DNA of 60,000 nucleotides, taken from positions 59,026,001-59,086,000 of the forward strand of contig NC_087437.1 of the NCBI RefSeq assembly GCF_036321535.1, read 5' to 3'. A model generated the notes under the pieces. It had not been told where the DNA came from. It searched no databases and saw only the letters and a program-made list of their open reading frames with translations. The position numbers and the translations under genes are program-made. Origin of the DNA: Camelus dromedarius (taxonomy: Eukaryota). This document shows positions 46,740 to 58,400 of the stretch, piece by piece; positions within the stretch are counted from its first letter, which is position 1; each line of letters starts with the position of its first letter.

Positions 46740-48125
46740 GTCAGAGAATAGCCCAAGAGAATTTTGAAAAAGAACAATGAAGAGAAACTTATCACACCAA
46801 ACATCACGACTTACTACATTGCTAGGACAGTTTCAATCGCCGTTCTGTGCTGGTGCGGCACCGGGCAAAGAGACCCATGTGCTACTGAGTACATGGCTCC
46901 GTGGCAGCTGGTAAAGGGTTACTGACCAGCGCCCCCTCAGTGTGCCCTGCCTACCCGGTCCCCGTCCTCTCCCTTGGGACCCCCAGGACCCTGCTCCACT
47001 ACTGCAGGCTGATGGTAAGCATCTGTGTTGATCAGCAAATGTTGCACTCCCCAGACTCTACTGGTGGTGGTAGGTCCTTTTGAAGGTATAATTTGACAGT
47101 TTCTATTCAAATAAAAGCACGCATACCCTTCGACCCAGAGATTCCACTTCAGTTATTTTCCTGCAACATAGTTTACATATACAGAACACTACAGAGATGT
47201 TTATTGCAGCCTTATTTATAATAACAAACAACAAATAAAAACACCACAGAAGTCATCTTAGAGCCCAACACTAGAAGGCTGGCTAAGCAGTAGTCCATCC
47301 AGGGCATACTGTGTGGATATTTCAGCGAGGACCCCCCCAAAACAATCTTAAACTACGCAGCAATTCATTGGCTTATTTACTGGAAAAGTCCACATGTAGG
47401 GAGGGTTTCAGATTCAGTGTTTCTATTCTTCTCTTGGCTCACTCTCCTCCATGTGCCCCTTCATCCTCAGCTGGCTTCTCTCAGAGCCCACACACTTCAG
47501 AAGACAGCATTCCTGGGTCTGACCTCGGCACACTGCAGAGCTCGGTGGGGTGGGGGGTGTGCTGCTCTTCCTGCAGCCACCCGGGGATCCTGTCCCTCCC
47601 CGAGATTGGAGTGATCCTGAGCTAACTGCTGAGGCTAACACTAACCAGGGCTCACCCCTACAACTAGGGATGAGGCCAACCCCACCCAAATCCCAAGGCT
47701 GCCCCCCAAGGGGGAAGGGGCAGAGTGAGTGGGTGGAGGGGACCCACAATACCCAGTGTGGCAGCCATGAGAAAGAAGAGGTTGCATATCTACTTGTATT
47801 GACATTGGAAGCTCTTCATACTATATCGTTAGGTGAGAAGATCAAGGTGCAGCACAACATGCAAAGGATGTTCCCCCTTAAGTAAAAGACTTAATTAACA
47901 TATTCATAAGTGTACCAATATACGCATGTAAATTCTGGGAGGACACACCCAAACCACTGATAGACATGTCATCTGGGAGTGGAGTGAGGAGGGTAAGACT
48001 GTGCTTAGGGTAGGGGAAAGGGGAAGAGTGGGGCTTTTGTTTTTAACTCTAAATTTATATTGTATTCAAATGTTTAAAATTTTAAAATCATATATTGTAT
48101 AGATTTAAAGTTAAAAAAAAAAGCA
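46740..48125 (+). mobile_element. ancient fragmented L1 (L1ME-like) pieces
   Basis: gagaatagcc..aattttgaaaaagaacaa..catcacgacttactac; catacccttcgacccagagattccacttc; aaattctgggaggacacacccaaacc, interspersed with unrelated DNA. Confidence 0.55.
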
Positions 48126-48749
48126 ATATTACTTGGGTAAGCACGGCTGTCTTTCACTAAAGTTTCGATTCTAATGTCCCTCTAGGATGTGGTCTTGCCC
48201 AACTCTCTAACATTTACTCCAGGGTCACCATGTTCAGGCATGCAGGTTGTGCACAGCTCAAGGGGGAACCATTCACGTAGTGCCTTCTTGATTGTGAAGT
48301 GTGGGACTCACCCTCTCCAGAAACTCTTCTCCACCACTAACCTCATGCCAACACATGCTGTATGTTCCCACAGATACATTCCCAAGATACGTAATGTCCT
48401 TTTGTTCCCTTTACATACACTGGTCCTTCTCTTAGGAAAGTATCTCTTCACCTTGTCCATCCGTAAACTCTTACTCTTTCAAGACCCAGTTCAAACATCT
48501 CTCTTTTTCAAGGGTCCTTCTGATTCCCCAGCAGAATTTCTTTATTTTGTCCCTACCACTATCACTTCTCCTACTATATTGGTTTGTAAACCTTCCCAGT
48601 GAATTCTTTGGGACAAAACTTGAATGTTATCTTCATTTGGTTTCCTCAGAACTCATTGCATGTAACATGAACAATGGGATAAATGCCATACCAGTAGCAA
48701 TTCTAGAACCCTGGTTTTTAGGTTGATTGCCCAAAAGGTTTTCACTATT

Positions 48750-49137
48750 AGACCAATGTTTATCAAACTGTTCTGCAAAACATACCTCTTAAAAGGTTAA
48801 TCTGAATTTTAAGAAGAGATTCAGGAGGAGGGTATAGCTCAGTGGTAGAGCACATGCCTAGCATGCATGAGGTCCTGGGTTCAATCTCCAGTACCTCCAT
48901 TAAAATAACTAACTAAGTAAACCTAACTACCTCCCCACTGCTCCCCTCCTCCAAAAAAGAGAGAGATTCAGTGCGCAAATATTAGGAGAACATTGCACTA
49001 CAATTAAAAGTTTCTTTAGCTAGTCTCCTCAGAGGTTTTCATGTGCTAATAATCATTTTGTAACACCAAGAAGAGGGGATAAGAAACCAGTTCTGAACTA
49101 ATTTGACCACTGATCTACTTTTTCACAAATACCTCTC
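48750..49137. mobile_element. probable hAT-Charlie DNA transposon relic (host of a SINE, next to an L1)
   Basis: ccaatgtttatcaaactg..ctcctcagaggttttcatgtgctaat..ccaagaagagggg..aactaatttgaccac resembles Charlie-type MER sequence. Confidence 0.4.
48825..48961 (+). mobile_element. tRNA-derived SINE (vic-1-like) with TSD
   Basis: GAGGGTATAGCTCAGTGGTAGAGCACATGCCTAGCATGCATGAGGTCCTGGGTTCAATCTCCAGTACCTCC. TSD AGAGATTCAG at 48815-48824 and 48962-48971. Confidence 0.92.
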
Positions 49138-49151
49138 AAGAGATCTATTGT

Positions 49152-49618
49152 GAAGGCTCATGAAAAGACACTCAACATGGCTAATTATTAGAGAAATGTT
49201 AATCAAAACTGTAATGAGGTATCATCTCATACCAGTTGGAATGACCATCATGAAGCAGTCTACAAGAACAACTGCTGGAGAGGGTGTGGAGAAAAGGGAG
49301 CCTTCCTGCACTGCTGGTGGGAATGTAGTTGGTGCAGCCATTATGGAAAACTATATGGAGATTCCTCAAAAAACTGAAAATAGACTTACCATATGACCCA
49401 CCAATCCCACTTCTGGGCATATGTCCAGAGAAAACTCTAATTTGAAAAGATACACACACCCCCATGTTCATAGAAGCACTAGTTACAATAGCCAAGACAT
49501 GGAAACCACCTAAGTGTCCATCAACAGATGACTGGACAAAGAGGTTGCAGTGTATATATATATACACACACACACACATACATATATATATATAAACACA
49601 TACATATATATATATATA

Positions 49619-49656
<38 letters not shown>

Positions 49657-50117
49657 CGTAATGGAATACTACTCGGCCATAAAAAAGAATGAAATAATGC
49701 CATTTGCAACATGGATGGACCTAGAGATTATCATACTAAGTGAAGTAAGTCAGACAGAGAAAAACAAATACAATATGATATCACTTACATGTGGAACCTA
49801 AAATATGACACAAATGAACTTATTTACAAAACAGAAAGACTCACAGACATAGAAAACAAACTGATGGCTACCAAAGGGAAAGAGGGGTGAGGAATAGATG
49901 AATTTGGGATTAGCAGATACAAACTACTGTATATAAAATAATCAACAAGTTCTACTGTGTGGCACAGGGAACTATATTCAAATCCTGTAACAAACTACTA
50001 TGAAAAAGAATATATATAAATATATATGTATAACTGAATCACTTTACTATACACTGGAAACTAATACAACACTGTAAATCAACTATACTTAAATAAAAAT
50101 AAATAAAATATTTTTTA
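49152..50117 (+). mobile_element. 5'-truncated L1 (ORF2 C-domain and 3'UTR) with perfect TSD
   Basis: [26 protein letters not shown] is the L1 ORF2 C-domain. 14-bp TSD AAGAGATCTATTGT at 49138-49151 and 50118-50131. Confidence 0.94.
49552..49658. repeat. compound (TA)n/(CA)n microsatellite inside the L1
   Basis: Read directly from the sequence. Confidence 0.95.
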
Positions 50118-50199
50118 AAGAGATCTATTGTTACACTTTCTCTATACCTAAGTTCCATACGCCCTAACCAAGCAAAAGGGAAGCAGGGGTTTCATACAT

Positions 50200-50575
50200 T
50201 AGTAAAAGTAAAGACGGAGGGAAGACTGAGGCAAAACACCAGAGGACTTTCAGTGTCGAGCTAAGGATGGGTTTTGTTTGGTTGGCAGTAGGGAGACACA
50301 GGAAGATGTAAGTCAAACCTTTGTATTTAGGAAGTCACTCTGGAATCACTGGAGAAAAAGGATTGCTAGCATGGGTGGATGAAACAGGAAGGCCAGTTAG
50401 AAAGCTGTTGCTGTATACTAGCTGGAAACAATGGTGGCCTCTTATGGAGTGGTGGCAGCAGACCTGAGAGAGAGACAGACAGAGAGACAGAGAGACCTGC
50501 AGACAAAGTTACAAGGTGGAATTGGCAGGATTTAGAACTTGGTCATCAACTGAATTGCACTGGAGAGTGGGGAGG
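50200..50575 (-). mobile_element. L2 LINE relic
   Basis: gctaagga..ttggcagtagggagacacaggaag..tttgtatttaggaagtcactctgg..ggccagttagaaagctgttgc..ggtggaattggcaggattt. Confidence 0.65.
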
Positions 50576-50579
50576 GGTT

Positions 50580-50792
50580 TAGGCAAAGTGGAGAGCGGTG
50601 TGCAAAACTGAAGGGGGAGCCAGAAAACTCAGTAATCAAGTAAATACTATTTTAATGCCATGTTTTTAAAAATAAGAATTAATGCAAAACATTCATGATG
50701 TATAAAATATGAAAAATTTAAATAAAGACAGGATATATATTACTGAGTTTTTCCTTTTGCCTCAGTCTGCAATATGGCCAAGCACTGCACTG
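50580..50792. mobile_element. hAT-Tip100-type DNA transposon relic (Arthur1-like)
   Basis: gcaaaactgaagggg..aaaactcagtaatcaag..aataaagacagga..ttactgagtttttccttttgcctcag..caatatggc..gcactg. Family name from memory. Confidence 0.6.
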
Positions 50793-51860
50793 AATGTGGG
50801 AGGACTCCCAGGGGACGAAACCGCAGTGCTTAAAGTCAGTAGGAGAAGGAATGGGTTTGGGGTAGAAGTTGGTGGGTGTTATTTTGGCTGTTACAGGTCT
50901 GTTCAGACTCCTCAAACTGCAGCTGAGGTCCATCCAGTGTAGGAATAAAAAGCCACTTCTGAGACTGCACGGTGAGAGGGGGAGAAGAGAATTTGGGCTC
51001 AGTATAGAGACCGTCAAAGTCACTCTCTTTGCAAAATGAACTGTAACCTTTACTTAGCTTCCCACATCAAACAGAATGCGGCAGGAGGGAGTTCCCTGGA
51101 AGAGCCCATTGCTTAAGCAATTCAAATTGTGCAACACTCCATCCCGGACCTCCACTCAGGTGCCCAAACCAGGGCTGCAATCATCACCGTTACACTCTTG
51201 TGTTCATTCATTCCCAGTTTCTGCTTCTCGTTTTCCTGCTCCCCCTCCCCTACTCCTGCCCTCCTCTCCTCCTCCTCCTCTTTCTGTGTGCCAGCTCTAC
51301 GGGGGGTGAGGAAGAGGAGGAGGAGGGAGAGGAAGACAAGAAACAGGCTGAGAGGAAGATAGGGGGAGAAAAGAAAAAGAAGAAAGAAAAAAAGGGAAGC
51401 AGAGGAAGAAAAGAAACGGTACTAAGGTCATTGGTTTTCTACATTATAAATAAACTATTTCCTGTGAATGTCAGAACTGAAAATGGCACCCCGCCTCCAC
51501 CCCCACAGACTGCAGGGACAAACTGAAGAGTGATGACAGATTAATACAACGTTTTTTTTTTCTTTTTTAGTAACAAAAGAAGGCCCAAATCCAGGGCACA
51601 GAGCTACCCTAAATGGGTGCTTCTTATAAGCACCCTGACTAGAGGGACAGGGAGGGAGGCGGTTTCTGGGCACAGAGGCGGTGTCTGCACTCAGCCTTGC
51701 AACTCTGCGGCTTAGCTCTGTAGGTGCTCACCAAGTTCTAGCGAATAAAACTATCCCAAGGGTTAGTGGCTAAAAGGAATAGCTGCTTTCTCTTCTTTGA
51801 GAGAGAGAGAGGATGGAAAGAAGGAAAGATGGAATGAAGGAGGGAGGGAGGGAAGGCTAA

Positions 51861-51916
51861 GGAAGGAAGGAAGGAAGGAAGGAAGGAAGGAAGGAAGGAA
51901 GGAAGGAAGGAAGGAA
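51861..51916. repeat. (GGAA)14 microsatellite in a longer polypurine tract (~51798-51930)
   Basis: 14 uninterrupted GGAA units. Confidence 0.97.
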
Positions 51917-54014
51917 GGGAGAAAGAAAGATTTCACCAGTAATGATACCATTGCTACTGTGAATCTTAAATATAGCTGTCACGATCCATCTTGGACAAAT
52001 ACACAGACAAAGAAATGACCCACGGGACACTGAACCAGACGGAGTAAGTTGGGCAAGAAACTGAGTTTCTTCCATTTGAGGTTTTGGTGACGTGAATGTG
52101 GTTGCCAGAGGCAGCCGCTTCTCTGTAAAATCAAAGTATGCTGGCACTGCTGCCACTACGGGGCCATTTGTCAGCCCTGGAGGAAGAACTGCATACACAG
52201 AGCGGCTGGGGAATGTCCCAGTCTTTGTGGGCCAACCAGGAGAACCATTCAGGGGATTGGCAGGCCTTGGAAACAGTCTTGGACTCGGTTAAGAGACCCC
52301 TGCCACTAACTCATCAGATGACCTTGAACAGATCAGGACCTCTTTCTAGAACTGTTTTCGCCTCTCTGCATTGAGGAGGATGGGGTGGGAGTCGATTTAC
52401 ACCTCCTGTGGTTCCCAGATGTACACCCACCAAGAAGCTGTATCAGATTCACCAGGGGTGGGATGAGGGGCAGGGGCATTTAAATGCACCTTGTGGGCCA
52501 ATCCCCCATTCTGATTCCGCGGTTCCAGGGAACCTCTAGGCTGGTGCTGATAACTAGCCACGTCAGGTCACCTCTGGACTTAAATGACCTCAGAGTCCTT
52601 TCCTGCCCAGAGACAACCACTGAAAAAAGGCTACCATAAATTACATCAAAGTCATTGGGGATGGAGCTTCCTTTTAAAGGACATGGAAAAAGACAGCAGG
52701 ACAGCTCACCGATTTCAGAAGATTTCAAACAATTCTGCTCATGATGGGAAATCCAATCCACATAAATAAACAGAATGGAAAAGGCCATTTTTAAAAAAAA
52801 TTTCCCCTCCACTTCAACTCCTTAAATCTCATCTGCAGGCAGTGTAGGAGGGTCGGGAGGGAGGCGAGTCTCTATCTCGAAAGTGATTTATGGTGGAGGT
52901 CACCGCGGCCCCTGTTTGGGCCTGTTACAGTTCGCTAAGCTCCACTAAGCTTAGGTATTAAGGGATCCTTCATTGCAACATTTGTGCAGAAGGAGGAGGA
53001 AGGGAAGAACGTTTGGGTTTTTTCTTTTTAAGCTCTGGAGCTGCCTGAGGCTTCGTCTAAATCTTGGGACCCAACTCTATTTGTCTTCCTTTTCTTTCCA
53101 CGTTGCCGATGGTCCTCAGAGCCTGCTCTGCCCCACTGCTCACTGTTTGTTTGTGGCAGCCAAGTAGAAAATTGTCATGTCTGTAATTGTTATTGGTTTG
53201 CCGATTGTGTGACCACCTGGTTTGCTGGATCGAGGACAAAGGCAGTAAGTCCCCCTTTAAAGCCAAAGCTGTGTGCTTTAGGAAGAGGAAGAGGGGAAGG
53301 GGATGTTTGGATGTCTTTTATTTGTGTCTGTGTGTTGTTTTGTAAAGACTCATTCAAAGCTGAAATTATTTTAATTAAAACAATCAACCCCCCTTAGCAC
53401 ACTCTTCACGGCACGAGTTTGCTCTAGAAGATTTTCTTTTTTGCAAGGAAATGCCCTGAAACTGAGGAATTCCTTCATAAACAACTTTATCCTTGATTTG
53501 CTGTGTTGGAGTGAGATGTGCAGTTTCCAGATGTTTTCCAAAGGGCGTTGTGCCCTAAGGTCCACTGACTGCTTTGAGACATCTCTCCAGTCTACAGAGA
53601 CCCCACAGCTGTTTTAGCAGAAAATTATTTTCTTTTAATTTCATAAAATGCCACATTCAACATGCACCTTTCATCCAAAGAGGCCGCTAAGATGTTCAAA
53701 GGATTCAGAATTACCAACCCACCCCTTACCCTCTGGAGTCACACACCCCAAATATTTAACATCTGTACCGCAGTACCACCCAAAAGTTTTAAATTGAAGG
53801 AAGATGTGTTTCTTGCACTAAATTACCAGAGGAATTTTCAGAGTAGAGCTCAGTTATCTAGGCTGGCCAGGACATCACTGCAGGGAAATCCTCCTGTTTT
53901 TCCGGGCACTAGAGGCCTGTGAGTGGTCAGCCGAACAGCCCTCCCCTCTGCACCTTGATGGCCATGCAGGCACCACCTGGGTGGCAGCAGGTAACTGGCT
54001 CTGGTCTGGTAAGA

Positions 54015-54245
54015 ATAATAATAACTGGTTTCACTGGGCACCTACTATACACCAAGCTTTGAGTCTCTTGCTTCATGTACATGATTTCATTTGCAACATT
54101 AATAGGAGGACATTGTTACTAACCCTAGTCTATAAGAGGAAAATATCTGAGGCTCCAAGAGTTTGGGTATCTAGTCAAAGATCACAGTCAAGGAGCATTT
54201 GAATCCAGGTTTGTCTACTTGGTGCTCACAGTCTCAGCCACTTTG
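54015..54245 (-). mobile_element. MIR relic
   Basis: aataataactggtttcactgggcacctactatac..gaggaaaatatctgaggctccaaga..atttgaatccaggtttgtct. Confidence 0.7.
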
Positions 54246-54419
54246 CCCCGCTGTCCTGGTGCTACATGGCACTGAGGCGTGTGGAAAAGCATCAGTTGCC
54301 TTATCACCCAAGTGTGGCACATCTTACCAAGAATTTGCTACGTGCAGAGCTGTGGGGTAGAGTCAAAAGTGAGGAAGAATGAAGAATAACCAATGCCTGG
54401 CCTTTGCTGAACTCATTAA

Positions 54420-55145
54420 CAGAATCACCAGCAGCCTCAGTTTGCCTGGGGCTGTCTCAGTTTTGGCGCTAAGAGTCTTTCATCTGCCCAGAGGTAGTGG
54501 TCAGAATTCTAGGACTCCTCCCCAGATTCCTAGCCCCTGCTGTACACACAGCTTCACCCAGTTCTTCAATCAGACATTACATTTAGGTATTGCTGTGAGA
54601 AAGTTTTGCAGGTGTAAATAAATTGACTGTAAGATCGGGAGATTAGCTGGGTGGGCTTGACCTTATCAGAGGAGCCCTTGAAATGCAGGTCTGGAGGTCA
54701 GAGACAAAGACGTCAGAAAGATTTAAAGTGCAAGACAACCCAATGAGGCTTTGAAGATGGAGGGGGGCCACATGGCAAAGAATATGGGCCACATCTAGGA
54801 ACTGAACAGCCTCCAGTTGACAACTGGCAAAGAAGTAGGGATCACAGCCCCACACTGCAAGAAACTGAATTCTGTCAACAATCTGAATGAGCTTGAATAT
54901 GGATTTTTATCCAGAGCCTCCAGATGAGAATTCAGCCTGGCAGACACCTGAAATTCAGACTTTAGTGACACTCTGAGCAGAGTACCCAGACATGCCCTGC
55001 CAGGACTTCTACCTGGGGGGCTGTAAGCTAATATGGGTGCTGTTCTAAGCTGCTGAGTTTGTGGTAATTTGTTATGCAGCAGTGGAAATGTGATACACCA
55101 GGCAATGCTTCAGTCCCAGGCAAACTGGGACAACTGGTCACTCTA
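54420..55145. mobile_element. MER81-like hAT-Blackjack MITE split by an MLT1 LTR (halves 54420-54492 and 55098-55145)
   Basis: The left half cctcagtttgcctggggctgtctcagttttggcgctaagagtc and the right half tcagtcccaggcaaactgggacaactggtcactcta join into one palindromic element. Confidence 0.7.
54493..55097 (+). mobile_element. MaLR solo LTR (MLT1E/F-like)
   Basis: gtggtcagaattctag..tgtgagaaagttttgcaggtgtaa..ggctttgaagatggaggggggccacatggcaaagaat..gctgagtttgtggtaatttgttatgcagcag..gataca; TSD CCAGA/CCAGG. Confidence 0.9.
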
Positions 55146-55839
55146 GAAGAGTGTAGGCCCACGTGGTGTGTGCTGCTGGGGGATCTGTTCAGTTTTCATG
55201 GAGGAAGTGGCCAGTCCCTTGGGTAGGATTTAGATAAGGGGGAAGGAGCTAAAAGGCACTTTAGAAGGCAGACATAAGCAAAGACAGAGACATAGGAATA
55301 TGCAAAGGGGGTCAACCAAGATGCCACGAAGGCACCAACAAAGGCACCAGCGAAATTCTTCAGGGAGTTAAGGGTTTGTGGGCAGAGACTTTGTAACCTC
55401 AGCATTTGAAAGAGTCTGTCCCAGGGTCATGAAAACGGCAGTGCAATCAGCAGCAGCCTGTGGTTGTGTGTTTCTCTTTCTGTCATCCTGACTGCTGCAG
55501 TTAGCCTCCTCGAGGAAACTGCACTCCTTGAAGGCAGGGAGGTGGCTTATTCAGCGTGTCACCCTAGCGCCTAGCGCAAGGTCTGGCGCATCACTGCGTG
55601 TTCAGTAAATGCTAAATAAAGACAAGGGTGAATGGTTTAATGTGGACAAAGCAATACCACTTTAGGCCAAATATGTAGCCACGTTGTCACTGGAAATACT
55701 AAGAGATTAGCAAGGCTGCCCTGTCACACTCCCGCCCTCCTCCAGAACCTGACCCTTCTGCTACGTACAGGAGCCTCCCGTGTCCTCCTCCTCAGGACCT
55801 GGGGCCTCAATGTCTGCAGCCTGTCTCAGTGCTGCTTCA

Positions 55840-56010
55840 CACCAGCTGTCTGACGTTGGGCAAGGACCTTAACATGTTTGTGCCTCCGTTTCCTCATGCG
55901 TAAGAAAGACACGCTAGGACCTGCCTCATTAGGTGATCGTAAGGATTAGATGAGTCAGTGTGACACGCAAAGCCCAGCAAAGGGTGAGTTTCAATAAGTT
56001 TAGTTCTTAT
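55840..56010 (+). mobile_element. MIR relic
   Basis: agctgtctgacgttgggcaaggaccttaac..tgtgcctccgtttcctcatgcgtaa..cctgcctcattaggtgatcgtaaggattagatgag. Confidence 0.75.
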
Positions 56011-56701
56011 TATGATTTATTTTATTTTAAATAGCAATGACATATGTCCTGACCCAATTCAGGTGGAGACCTTTGCTGCACCCCCATCCCAACCCAAGGG
56101 CATTTTCGTTTTTCTAGAAGCCTTGAAATTAAAAGAAAAAAAAAAATACTTTGAACCCCAATGGAAGGACTGCCTGATGGAGGTGGGTCAGACCGGGTCC
56201 TCCCGCACTGAGAGGAAGCCACACCCTCCAGAAGGCAGCTCCTCAAAGCCTAATGGGTGGACTAGCAGAGTCCCGCCCTCCTCCAGACCACCTGAGTCAG
56301 GAGCTGCGTTTTCACAAGCTCCCTGGTCTAGATAAACTCCTATCAGCCCAACTGGCAGTACAGCATCTCTCTGACCTTACGATTTGCTTTAAAAGTTAAG
56401 GTCTGGCTTAACTCAAGCACATGGGCGAGCCAGACCACAAAACTCTCAGCTGGCAAGAGAGAACCTCATTTCTAGGGACAGCTGGCTCTCGACATGTTTC
56501 AACAAACTGGCATTATCCAAGAGCTCTAATGGTCTGAAGTCAGGCTTAAAACTCAGCAAAAATAAACTTTCCAGGAAATTTCTGGCACACCCACTTTTCA
56601 AACCCATCATCTCAGGAATGCTATCCACGCAGTGGCCTCTTTCCTCACATTTAACTCCATTTCCCAGTTTAGGACAGTTCTCCTTCTGGCCTTGAACTGA
56701 C

Positions 56702-56704
<3 letters not shown>

Positions 56705-56748
<44 letters not shown>
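56705..56748. repeat. (CA)n microsatellite
   Basis: Read directly from the sequence. Confidence 0.97.
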
Positions 56749-56752
<4 letters not shown>

Positions 56753-57299
56753 AAACAGGGAGGCCACACTTAGTGTGGGGATTTAGATAAGTCTGGGAAA
56801 GTCCATGATCTCATTTTGACACAATTATTGTTCTACTTCTTAATGCAATATTATTTTTAAGGAGGATCTTAAATCTGAGGGACATCTGCTCCTGGTCACT
56901 GGGGTTCAAAGAGGCCTATTTGTGAGTAAAAGCAGCAGAACCTACAGTCTGCCTCCCTGAGGTCAACAACGCAACGTCCTCCATTTCTTATTTCTCTACT
57001 GGGCAGAACACTCAAATCTTCCTTGAGGACCAAAACACAAATCAGCCACATCCTTTGGACCCATTCACAACTCTCCATGACAGCTGCTCTAGGGAATACA
57101 ACAAGGCATGACCCCTTCACCACAGGACACTCAGCTCAGGAGGGAGAGGTGTTTCTGTAACATATTCATCAGGGTCTGCCCTCGGAAGCTCTCTGCAGTC
57201 TGCACAGGTGCCCCTTCCTTGAGGCACATAGTGCGGAAGTTTTGGGGGCTGCAGAGGGTCACAAGGTATGTGATGGTGGCAGTGGTGGGTGAAGGGGTG

Positions 57300-57710
57300 T
57301 CACACAGCAGAAGTATTATCACAATTTAAACTAAGAGGTATAAGAATCCCAAAGACCACTTACAGGGGTGGCCAGGAAAGATTTCACTTGATTCTTGGAA
57401 GAATAGATAAAATTTCAGCAGGAAGAGATAAAAAAAGCATTCCAAGTGACAGAAGAGAATGAGCACGAGAATTAAGAGTCAAGAAAAGACAGTTTAATTT
57501 TAAGAAACGTAGGAATATTTACATGGAGAAGTAATAACTGGAGAAGAGCAGGGTGAGGCCAGGTCATGAAGGACCTGGAAAGAAATCTTTCCCTTTGCAT
57601 TTGAAAAGTCACTGAAGGCTGTGTGCAGCAGTAGGGTAACTGGGTCTGAGCTGTGCTTTAGAAAGATTAAGAGTGACAGTGCATAGGATGCAGACCCTGT
57701 GGTTAGGACG
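57300..57710 (-). mobile_element. L2 LINE relic
   Basis: gattcttggaagaatagataaaatttcagcagg..gcattccaag..ggccaggtcatgaaggacc..gagctgtgctttagaaagatt. Confidence 0.6.
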
Positions 57711-57999
57711 GTGGACATTCATTAGGCATAAACTCATCAGAGCCTCAGGTCCACGATGGCGTCATCACCATCTGGTTTGCTAGCCTCTGTTCAGCTGTAG
57801 TCCCTCCTGATCCCACACCTGCGTTTCCACTTTCATGTCCCACAATTTCCTTAAATGCACCCAGAGCCAAACGTCTCATTCCCTTCTGCCCCCCGGCACC
57901 ACATCCTGCCACGCCTGTCTGCCCCCCATACTCCCTTAGGTGTGCTGTAGCCCCCAGCTGCATTTTCATTTTCCTCAACTTCCCTCCCTCACTTCCTCC

Positions 58000-58400
58000 C
58001 CTCAACCTCAAGGATGCCTCCAGTCTCTATGCTCAGCATAGCCAGATCCTTCCAATCCTGCCTTCTATTTTTTTTTTTTTTTCCTGTTGAATCCATCTCC
58101 TTTTTATCCTTACTGGAACCGCCCAAGATCAAGCCACCAGCACCTCTCCCTCTGACCACCACAACAGATTGGTCATTGGCCTCCCTACTGTTGAACTCTG
58201 TCTGCTGCTCCGATTTTCCACAGTGCGACCACAGTCTTTTCAAAACACTCAATCTGATCATGGTGCTTCCCCTTTAAAAACTTCCTCTGGCCATCCCAAG
58301 GCCTACAGGATCAAGAAAAAAAAACTTTCCTTTAGCATTTAAAGCCTTTGTAAGCTGACTCTGGTTACTCTCCCAGCTTTGGCCACTGCTACTCCCGGGT
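58000..58400 (+). mobile_element. L2 LINE relic
   Basis: gccagatccttccaatcctgcc..tggcctccct..gtctttcaaaacactcaatctgatcatgg..aaacttcctctggc..cctacaggatcaag..ctttagcatttaaagcc. Confidence 0.6.

Noticed and set aside
48829..48900. tRNA gene
   Set aside because: The A and B boxes belong to a SINE with an A-rich tail and TSD, and three other diverged copies are present in the window.
50624..50751. 13-bp perfect inverted repeat AAAACTCAGTAAT / ATTACTGAGTTTT
   Set aside because: It lies within a probable hAT transposon relic and is most simply internal structure of that element.
53965..53990. CTCF-like motif (CCACCTGGGTGGCAG)
   Set aside because: The spacing is off by one base from the consensus. 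It cannot be supported without a PWM scan or ChIP data.
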